Assembly (NCBI GenBank): GCA_039028615.1
Contig: JBCCHT010000018.1
Location: 157,153 to 221,152 of the forward strand
Length of the DNA stretch: 64,000 bases
Direction: 5' to 3'
Source: Myxococcota bacterium
GTDB lineage: Bacteria; Myxococcota_A; Polyangia; Nannocystales; Nannocystaceae
Shown here: positions 57,075 through 64,000 of the stretch, one piece after another
Position numbering within the stretch: the stretch's first letter is position 1
Layout: every line of letters starts with the position of its first letter
Translations under genes and position numbers: made by a program
Notes under the pieces: generated by a model
The model's database searches: none
What the model saw: only the letters and a program-made list of their open reading frames with translations
Told to the model about the DNA's origin: nothing

Positions 57075-59284
57075 CAGGGCGCCTGCCTTTCGTAGAGCCG
57101 GCGGTAGACCTGGCCGTTGTCCAGCAGCTGCTCGTGGGTGCCCGACTCGACCACGTGACCGCCGTCCATCACGATGATGAGGTCGGCGTCGACGACCGTG
57201 CTCAGGCGGTGGGCGATGACGATGCGGGTGCACTCGAGGTTGGCCAGCGAGTGCTGGATGGCCGCCTCGGTGACGCTGTCGAGGTTGCTGGTGGCCTCGT
57301 CGAGCAGCAGGATGGAGGGGCGGCTGGCGAGCGCGCGGGCCAGGGCCAAGCGCTGCCGCTGACCGCCGGACATCGAGGCACCGCCGTCGGCGAGGATGGT
57401 CTCGTAGCCCATGGGCAGCGCGATGATCTCCTCGTGAATGGCGGCCAGCTTGCCCGCGGCGACGACCTCTTCGATGGTCATCTGCGGGTTGCCCAGCGCG
57501 ATGTTCTCGCGCACCGACATGCCGAACAGCTCGCCGCGCTGGGTCACCACGCCCAGCTGCTCTCGCACGCTGCGGAGGTCGAGGCTGGCCAGGTCGTTGC
57601 CGTCGTAGAGCACGCGGCCCTGGTAGGGCTGATAGAGCCCGACCAGCAGCTTGGCCAGCGTGCTCTTGCCCGCGCCCGAGGGGCCGACCACGGCCACGAA
57701 CTGGCCGGGCTCGATGGAGACGTCGACCTCGCGCACCGACGGGGGCACGGCCTCGGAGTAGCGGAAGCTGATGCCCTCGGCCTTGATCTGCCCGCTGAGT
57801 CGAGGGGCGCGCTTGACCTTGTTCGGGTCCTGCTCGGGCTCGGTCTGCATCACGTCCTCGATGCGCTCGAGGTAGCTGCCGAGCACCTGGAACTTGAGGG
57901 TGACGTTGACCAGCGTGCCCAAGGGGCCGAGGAAGCCCGTGCCCAGGGCCGAGATGCCGAGCATCGCGCCCAGGCTGAGGTCGCCGTCGAGCACGAGCTT
58001 GGTGCCCGTGCCCAGGATGATCAGCGGGGCGCCCATGGAGAAGCCGCCGAGCAGCGAGGACACCAGCGCATCGAGCTTGCCGCGGCGCAGCGAGACGTTG
58101 AGCGAGTCGACGAAGAGGTTGGACCAGCGATCGACCGCCCGATACTCGGCGCCCATGCTCTTGAGCGTCTCGATGCCGGTCAGCATCTCGACCTCGTAGC
58201 TGGAGCGCTTGGCCTGGACCGCCAGGCTCTCGGTCATCAGTTCGCGCTGGACTCGACGCGTGGCCCAGTAAAGAGACAGCTGCACCAAGCCGAGCGCGAG
58301 CACCACGGTGCCCATGAGCGGGCTGGCCCAGAAGATCAGCACCAGGTAGAGGCTGACCAGCGAGCCGTCGAGCAGGCCGGACATCGCCCCCGAGGTGAGG
58401 ATCTCGCGGACGGTGGCGTTGCTGCCCAGCCGCATGATGAGGTCGCCAGCCGAGCGCCGCTGGAAGAACGCGTAGGGCAGATCGATGAGGTGATCGAGGA
58501 ACCCGATCGTCATCTTCGCGTCGAGCAGGGTCCGCAGCTGCACCAGCAGGTTGGCGCGGACCAGCGCGCTGATGAAGTTGAACACCACCATCAGCACCAC
58601 GCCCGCCGCGAGCACCAGGGCGAGGTCGAAGTCGCGGCGGGGGATGATGCGGTCGACCAACAGCGTGGTGACCAGGGGCAGGGCCAGCGCGAGCAGCTGG
58701 ACCAGCACCGACATCAACAGCGAGCGGCTCCACAGCGCGGGGTAGGTGAGGATCTGCGACATGTAGCGTCGCAGCAGGGGGCGGCGGCGAGCCTCGGGCT
58801 CGAAGGCCTCGCTCGGCTCGAGCAGCAGCGCCACCCCGGTGAAGGCCTCGTTGAACTCGCTGGGCTGGATGCGGCGGCGTCCGTGCCCGGGATCGATGAT
58901 GAAGATGACCCCGTTTCGATCGACGCGATCGAAGACGACGAAGTGGTTGAACTCCCAGTGGAGGATGGCGCCCGAGGGCACGAGGCCCAGGTCTTCGAGG
59001 TTCTCGACCTGCACCCCGCGGCCGCGCAGGCCGTAGCTGCGAGCCGCCCGCAGGATGCCCAGGGCGCTCACGCCGTTTTGATCGGCCCCCACCGCGTCGC
59101 GCAGCTCGTCGAGCTGACACTGGCGGCCGTAGTACCGCAGCACCATCGACAAGCAGGCGGCTCCGCAATCGGCGGAGGTCATCTGCTGCACGTGCTCGAG
59201 CTGACGGCGCGAGCCCACCATCCCCAGCCGCTCGAGGGCGGGGAAGCGACGCATCAGCGTGCGATGGTCGGGTGCGGCGGTCAT
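57074..59284 (-). CDS. Peptidase-containing ABC transporter (C39 PCAT)
   Basis: QQMTSADCGAAC, HWEFNHFVV, IIDP (intact triad); TM domain; GPSGAGKST, MSGGQRQR, LLLDEATS. Confidence 0.96.
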   Translation of the reverse strand: MTAAPDHRTLMRRFPALERLGMVGSRRQLEHVQQMTSADCGAACLSMVLRYYGRQCQLDELRDAVGADQNGVSALGILRAARSYGLRGRGVQVENLEDLGLVPSGAILHWEFNHFVVFDRVDRNGVIFIIDPGHGRRRIQPSEFNEAFTGVALLLEPSEAFEPEARRRPLLRRYMSQILTYPALWSRSLLMSVLVQLLALALPLVTTLLVDRIIPRRDFDLALVLAAGVVLMVVFNFISALVRANLLVQLRTLLDAKMTIGFLDHLIDLPYAFFQRRSAGDLIMRLGSNATVREILTSGAMSGLLDGSLVSLYLVLIFWASPLMGTVVLALGLVQLSLYWATRRVQRELMTESLAVQAKRSSYEVEMLTGIETLKSMGAEYRAVDRWSNLFVDSLNVSLRRGKLDALVSSLLGGFSMGAPLIILGTGTKLVLDGDLSLGAMLGISALGTGFLGPLGTLVNVTLKFQVLGSYLERIEDVMQTEPEQDPNKVKRAPRLSGQIKAEGISFRYSEAVPPSVREVDVSIEPGQFVAVVGPSGAGKSTLAKLLVGLYQPYQGRVLYDGNDLASLDLRSVREQLGVVTQRGELFGMSVRENIALGNPQMTIEEVVAAGKLAAIHEEIIALPMGYETILADGGASMSGGQRQRLALARALASRPSILLLDEATSNLDSVTEAAIQHSLANLECTRIVIAHRLSTVVDADLIIVMDGGHVVESGTHEQLLDNGQVYRRLYERQAP

Positions 59285-60288
59285 AGTTCCTTGAGGGCGG
59301 GGACGAGGGTTTCCAGCAGGGTCTCGGCGCGGAGCTTGGCCTCGAGGATGCCTTGCATGCCGTCGTAGACCTTGTACTCGGTGTCGTCGGACTCGAAGGT
59401 GTCCGAGGGCAGCAGGGTCTCGACGACCACCACGGGGCCGCGGATCTCCATGGCGCCTTCACGGTCGGCCCCCAGGTAGCGCATGGCCTCGGCCGGGCCG
59501 ACGACCTCGTCGGCCACCGAGCGCACGGCGACCTCGTAGCGGCCATCCGGGAAGCCCTCGAGCTCGAGGAACAGGCGGGTGTCGGCCGCGTTCAGCAGCG
59601 GGCGGTAGTGCCCGGGGAACAAGCCGACGACGACGGTGCGCGCGGTGTCTTGCTCGATGGAGACCACCGCGTCACCGGGGCCAACGGGCTGGCCCGAGCG
59701 CACGCGGACATCGGACACGACGCCCGCGGTGGTGGCCTCGACGGTTCGGGCACGAAGGTGGGCTCGGGCCAGGGTGAGCTGGGCATCGAGCGCGGCGAGT
59801 CGCTCGCTCCGCGCGGTGTCGGCCGGGGAGCGCAACAGCTCGACCAGGCGCTGCTCGTACTCTTTTTCCACGCGGTCGAGCTCGGCCCGCTGCGCGGCGT
59901 CGTGCAGGCGAATCAGGACTTGACCCGCTTCGACGTGCTGCCCCGTCTCGACCTCGATGCTCTGCACCGTGCCCGCGACCGCAGCGGTGACGACCACTCG
60001 GCCCTCGCGGCGCACGACGGCGAGGCCCTCGGCGTACTCGCCGACGCGAGCGGTGGTGACGAAGATGAGCCCGGCGACGACCACCAGCAGGGTCACGCGT
60101 ACCGCCCAGCGGGTCCACACGGACGCGATGTGCAGCGGACGGCCCGGCCGAGCGCCGCGGCTATGGGCGGCGAGTGCCTCGGCCCGGAACAGCGCGCGGC
60201 GCCGAGGCGCAGGCGTGGCGACCTGACGCCCGGCGGTTGCTTCCTCCGGGCTCATGGTCGTCTGGCCGTCTTCGTTGGGCTCGGTCAC
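59281..60288 (-). CDS. HlyD-family secretion adaptor
   Basis: LFRAEAL motif, TM, AGTVQSIEVETGQHVEAGQVL lipoyl half, YDGMQG…ETLLETL. Start may be ATG 60256. Confidence 0.88.
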   Translation of the reverse strand: MTEPNEDGQTTMSPEEATAGRQVATPAPRRRALFRAEALAAHSRGARPGRPLHIASVWTRWAVRVTLLVVVAGLIFVTTARVGEYAEGLAVVRREGRVVVTAAVAGTVQSIEVETGQHVEAGQVLIRLHDAAQRAELDRVEKEYEQRLVELLRSPADTARSERLAALDAQLTLARAHLRARTVEATTAGVVSDVRVRSGQPVGPGDAVVSIEQDTARTVVVGLFPGHYRPLLNAADTRLFLELEGFPDGRYEVAVRSVADEVVGPAEAMRYLGADREGAMEIRGPVVVVETLLPSDTFESDDTEYKVYDGMQGILEAKLRAETLLETLVPALKEL

Positions 60289-60306
60289 GCCTTCCTCGGG
60301 GCAGTC

Positions 60307-61242
60307 TCAGGCGGACGCGTTCGCCACCAGAGCATCGCATAGGGGGCCGGTGATATCGACCCCCGCTCGGCTTTCGAAGCCGAGGAACATGGGTGAAGGG
60401 TTCAGCTCGAGGATCTTGTACTGGCCATCGCGACCGCCCTTGATATCCATGCCCGTGAAGCGCAGGCCGAGGGTTCGAGTCGCGAGAATGCACTGGGCCT
60501 CGACCTCTTCGGACAGCTCGACGGGCTCGATGGCCTGCTCGTTCTGACGGAAGTCGATCGACTCGGTGATGATCCGCAGGGCGCACAGCACCTTGCCGTC
60601 GATCACGTACACGCGCACGTCGTCGCCGGGCAGCAGTTCTTGGAAGCAGACCGGCGCGGACTCGAGCCGGGCGAGTCGCTCGTCGGTGAGATCGTCGGCG
60701 GTGATGCGGCGCGTCGATGCTCCGCCCGCGACCGGCTTGTAGATCGCCTCGTGCTGCTCGCAGAAGCGGCGCACCGCGGCGGGGTCGTTGCTCCACAGCG
60801 TGGCGGGCACGGGCAGGCCCGCGTCGTGCAGCAGCGCCAGCTGATAGGGCTTGGTGATGTTGGTGCTCGAGGTCGCCGGGTTGTACAGCGCGGTGCCGGC
60901 CGCCTCCCAGCGCAGCAAAATCGCCGACAGCGGTGTCGAGCGTTCGCGGAAGGCCAGCATGGTGCGGCGCCAGTCTTCCTTCATGGCCTCGTCCGCCTCG
61001 ACGCCATATCCGGCCGGGCTCTGGTACAGGCTGCGGACATACGCCGCGCAAGGTCGGCCGACGGAGCGGCCATCGATCTCGATCGAGCCCATGGACTCTC
61101 CCAACGCGATGGGCAGCTCTTCGGGGAAGCGTTGCGCGTTGAAGATGAAGGGCTCGTGGCCGCGTTCGCGAACGCCTTGGGCCACCGCTTGGGCATGCGG
61201 GTCCGTGGGCGAGCCGACGATGGCGATGAGAGAGCTGGACAT
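60307..61242 (-). CDS. ATP-grasp macrocyclase of a plesiocin-type graspetide (PsnB-like)
   Basis: DPHA, KPYQLA, IYKPVAGG, FQELLPG, DVRVY, IDFR, GMDI, LELNPSPMF; directly downstream of the precursor. Confidence 0.92.
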   Translation of the reverse strand: MSSSLIAIVGSPTDPHAQAVAQGVRERGHEPFIFNAQRFPEELPIALGESMGSIEIDGRSVGRPCAAYVRSLYQSPAGYGVEADEAMKEDWRRTMLAFRERSTPLSAILLRWEAAGTALYNPATSSTNITKPYQLALLHDAGLPVPATLWSNDPAAVRRFCEQHEAIYKPVAGGASTRRITADDLTDERLARLESAPVCFQELLPGDDVRVYVIDGKVLCALRIITESIDFRQNEQAIEPVELSEEVEAQCILATRTLGLRFTGMDIKGGRDGQYKILELNPSPMFLGFESRAGVDITGPLCDALVANASA

Positions 61243-61298
61243 GGGAAGGTGTGGACTCGGTGGGCGTAGTGAAGTTCAGTGGATGGGGACGCGATAGG

Positions 61299-61331
61299 CC
61301 GAGGGCCGAGGTGATGAACCCCGACCCTCGG
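61299..61331 (-). terminator. 14-bp RNA hairpin just after the precursor stop
   Basis: Minus strand CCGAGGGUCGGGGU-UCAUC-ACCUCGGCCCUCGG; fully paired only on the minus strand (two G-U pairs). Confidence 0.7.
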
Positions 61332-61339
61332 AGGCGGCG

Positions 61340-61564
61340 TTAGATGCCGCCGTCTTCCTCGCCGAGGGCGAGCGTGGTGGCGATGTCCTCCTCGCCGATG
61401 GCGAGGGTGGTGATGGGATCTTCCTCGCCGATGGCGAGGGTGGTGACGGGATCTTCCTCGCCGATGGCGAGGGTGGTGACGGGCGGACGACCGCCTCCAC
61501 AGCGAGCACCAGTGACTTGGCCCAGGTCTTCGATAAAGAGCTCTTTGAGTTTCTTCTTGCTCAT
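61340..61564 (-). CDS. Plesiocin-type graspetide precursor (PsnA-like) with four TTLAxGEE cores
   Basis: MSKKKLKELFIEDLGQVTGA|RCGGGRPPV-TTLAIGEE-DPV-TTLAIGEE-DPI-TTLAIGEE-DIA-TTLALGEE-DGGI; LFIEDL leader motif. Confidence 0.95.
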   Translation of the reverse strand: MSKKKLKELFIEDLGQVTGARCGGGRPPVTTLAIGEEDPVTTLAIGEEDPITTLAIGEEDIATTLALGEEDGGI

Positions 61565-62238
61565 GTTCGTTCTTCTTCTTGGTTAAACACTCCTCCGAAG
61601 AGGAGCGAAGCGCGGTGGGCGGCCGCGTGGATACGACGCGAGGGCGAGCCTCGAGATCGCGTGTCCACAGTGGAAGAGCGCGCTGAAGCGTTTCGGATTG
61701 CCGAAATCGTGCGTGGGCTCTGGGGGCCAGCCCATTCGTAGGCGGAGCCTACGAGTTGCCCTTACGACAGCATGAGAACGGTGGTTTGCAAGTAGAACGG
61801 TGTATTCGGGGCCGTGGGTTCAAACACACCCTCTGCGTTGAAACATCGGAATCTGACGGAGGTTTCGTCGGGCTCGTGCAGATTTGTCGGGCGGGGCGGG
61901 GATCTCGTTTTTTGGGTGTCGGCAGGCGGGGGGTCGAGGGTGGTGGGTTGGTCGATCGGTGGGGGGTTTTGAGTGATGGTCGAAGGTGCGCGTAACGGTG
62001 GATGAGCAGACCGCGCGTTCGCTTATCGTGCCGGGCTTGCGGTGGGGATTTCGATTTCGAGCGGGGCGGTTGTGATCGGGATTGGGGGTCAGGGTGAAGG
62101 GGGTGCGGTTGTTGCCGAGGTGCTTTGATGGATGGTCGAGGTGTCGGGTTGGTGTTCTTTCTTCGAGGCGGGGTCTCTGGTTTCGAACGGCGGGCGGCTT
62201 GGTGGAGTCCTCGAGGGTATGGGGCCGCTGCGAGACAC

Positions 62239-62373
62239 GGGGCCTGCTGTCGACGGGTACCCCCCCAAACCCCGCCCTGCGGGTCGGGCGTGATGGTGGT
62301 GGTTGCTCGGGGGTTTTTCTGCCCGCTTTAAGTCCTCGGTCGGGGCTTGGGGCCCCCCCGTCGGCGCGGCCCC
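62239..62373. repeat. Imperfect inverted-repeat element (REP/REPIN-like)
   Basis: GGGGCC…GTCGACGGG…CCCCAAACCCCG pairs with CGGGGCTTGGGG…CCCGTCGGC…GGCCCC. Confidence 0.6.
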
Positions 62374-62380
62374 TTTCTTG

Positions 62381-63141
62381 GTCGCGCTCCCGAAGCGCGC
62401 CCGCTGCAGCAGGAGGAACGACGTCCCAACGACCGTCGCGACGACGAGCGCCAGCAGCATCGTGCGCACCACGGCGGCGCGCCGACCCTTGAACAGCACG
62501 AGGTGCACGAGCCCGAACAGCCCGGCCGCGGGGATCAGGAAGAGGCCCCACTGGCGCGACAGCGCGGCGAGCCCGAGCGACAGCCCCAGGCCGAGCGCGC
62601 CGCCCGTCGTCAGGCGCCCGCGGACGAAGACGCGCACGACGAGGTACAGCGCGAGGGTGCCGAAGAACGCGACGTACGGCTCGCCCCGCACGTACGCGAA
62701 CGTCCGGTAGTACGCCGGGACGAGCCCCAGCGTGAGGAGCGTCCCCAGACGCAGCGCGGACGTCGGCCGGATCAGCCGGCACGCGCTCACCAGGAAGAAC
62801 GTCAGCCCGAGCGACAGCAGGACGTTGATGCCCTGCCCGAACTTCGCGGCGGCATGGAGGCTCGCTCCGGTCAGCATCTTGAACGCCGCCGGCAGGACGT
62901 ACGGCAGCGGCGGGTAGTAGAACGCGTCGGTGTCCTTGCGCGTCGCGAGGCGCAGCTCGGACAGGACGTCGACGTGGACCAGGTGCTTGCCGGCGTCGTA
63001 GCCCACCGTCGGGTGGTGCACGACCGCGTTCACCAGCACGACCGCGTTGATCGCGAGGAACGCGAGCAGCACGCCGCGGTCCAGGCGCCCCTGCGTCCGG
63101 AACGGGCGCGCCAGCGCGCTGCGCAGGCCCACCGACTTCAT
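62381..63141 (-). pseudogene. GT-C (ArnT/PMT-like) glycosyltransferase, 3'-truncated at about 62380
   Basis: MKSVGL…TM-HHPTVGYDAGKH…FYYPPLPY followed by multiple TMs; after RARFGSAT the frame runs into the non-coding repeat. Confidence 0.6.
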
Positions 63142-63235
63142 GCGGCGGGTTATACCAGGCACAGACACGTGCGAGCCCCCGCTTCGCGCAGGGAAGACTA
63201 CGATGTCGGCTTCCGCCCACCGCACGAGACGCCCC

Positions 63236-64000
63236 ATGCTGCCCACCTCCCTCGCCGTCCTGAGCCTCCTCGCCCCGCTGCCCGTGTCCCCGGCCCCGCA
63301 GAGCTCGAGCGCGACCGCGGCGAGCTCGCAGACCCTGGAGCTCCTCGACGTCTTCGAGCTCGAGCTCGCGTCCGACCCGCAGATCGCGCCCGACGGGACC
63401 GAGGTCGTGTACGTGCGCAACTCGATGGACGCGATGAAGGACCGGCGACGCTCCGCGCTCTGGATCGCCGACGTGGAGACGGGCGACCACCGGCCGCTCA
63501 CGATGGCCGGCGACGCCGCGACGTCGGCCTCGTCGCCGCGCTGGTCGCCCGACGGGACGCGGCTCGCCTTCGTGAGCTCGTCCTCGGGCTCGTCCCAGAT
63601 CCACGTCCGCTGGATGGACACCGGCCAGGAGGCGCGCCTGACGAGCCTGTCGTCCGGACCGTCGGGCCTCGCGTGGTCGCCCGACGGGGAGCGGCTCGCG
63701 TTCACGATGTTCGTCGAGGACGATGCGAAGCCCTTCGTCAAGGCCCCGAAGAAGCCGAAGGGCGCCGAGTGGGCGGATCCGCCGAAGGTCATCACGTCGA
63801 TGCACTACCGCGCCGACGGACGCGGCTACCTCAAGGAAGGGCACCGGCAGCTGTTCGTCCTGCACGCCGACGGCGGCACGCCGCGACAGGTCACCCGCGG
63901 CGCGTTCGACGTCGAGCGCGGGTTCTCGTGGACGCCGGACGGCGCGTCGATCGTCGTCTCGTCGAACCGGCGCGAGGACCTCGAGGCCGAGCCGCTCGAC
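63236..64000 (+). CDS. S9-family peptidase (acylaminoacyl/dipeptidyl peptidase), N-terminal propeller, runs off the right edge
   Basis: Manual translation: signal peptide, then LELLDVFELELASDPQIAPDGTEVVYVR…PRWSPDGTRLAF…WSPDGERLAF…YRADGRGY…QLFV…GGTPRQVT. Catalytic domain lies outside the window. Confidence 0.85.
   Translation, partial: MLPTSLAVLSLLAPLPVSPAPQSSSATAASSQTLELLDVFELELASDPQIAPDGTEVVYVRNSMDAMKDRRRSALWIADVETGDHRPLTMAGDAATSASSPRWSPDGTRLAFVSSSSGSSQIHVRWMDTGQEARLTSLSSGPSGLAWSPDGERLAFTMFVEDDAKPFVKAPKKPKGAEWADPPKVITSMHYRADGRGYLKEGHRQLFVLHADGGTPRQVTRGAFDVERGFSWTPDGASIVVSSNRREDLEAEPLD

Noticed and set aside
56184..59546. 1120-aa ORF in the track
   Set aside because: Only 56184-57074 is protein-like (MFP); the rest is an off-frame shadow of the PCAT gene.
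61352..61480. Regular short repeats resembling a CRISPR array
   Set aside because: They are the in-frame 33-bp coding repeats of the graspetide precursor; there are no unique spacers and no cas genes.

Overview
GC-rich bacterial DNA whose gene content points to a myxobacterium, probably Nannocystaceae-like (inferred from a plesiocin-type graspetide cluster, Cys-rich lipoproteins and an ECF/kinase/TPR module). About 40 CDSs can be supported. Housekeeping and metabolic genes: thiolase, ComEA, two SDRs with a TetR, RsgA, LysR, ProC and a TetR-RND efflux unit. The accessory content is the interesting part: (i) an operon pairing a double integrin-alpha-type FG-GAP propeller lipoprotein with a 2384-aa teneurin-like Rhs lipoprotein whose C-terminal tip looks like a CD38/ADP-ribosyl-cyclase (Tox-ARC) NADase, with no adjacent immunity gene; (ii) a convergent metzincin plus partner pair; (iii) an ECF sigma factor followed by a fully degenerate pseudokinase, a TPR protein and a di-heme lipoprotein; (iv) an AlgI-type MBOAT coupled to a single protein carrying two SGNH domains around an NHL propeller; (v) a selenocysteine glutathione peroxidase (in-frame TGA plus SECIS) that the ORF track only partly calls; (vi) a plesiocin-like graspetide cluster. 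Non-coding signals: a 181-bp structured element present twice in inverted orientation with an orientation-linked G/T strand-skew halo, TetR operators, a uORF before rsgA, hairpins bracketing the RiPP precursor, and a probable junction near 62380. No rRNA, tRNA, CRISPR array or transposase was seen. All calls come from reading motifs by eye; no searches were run.
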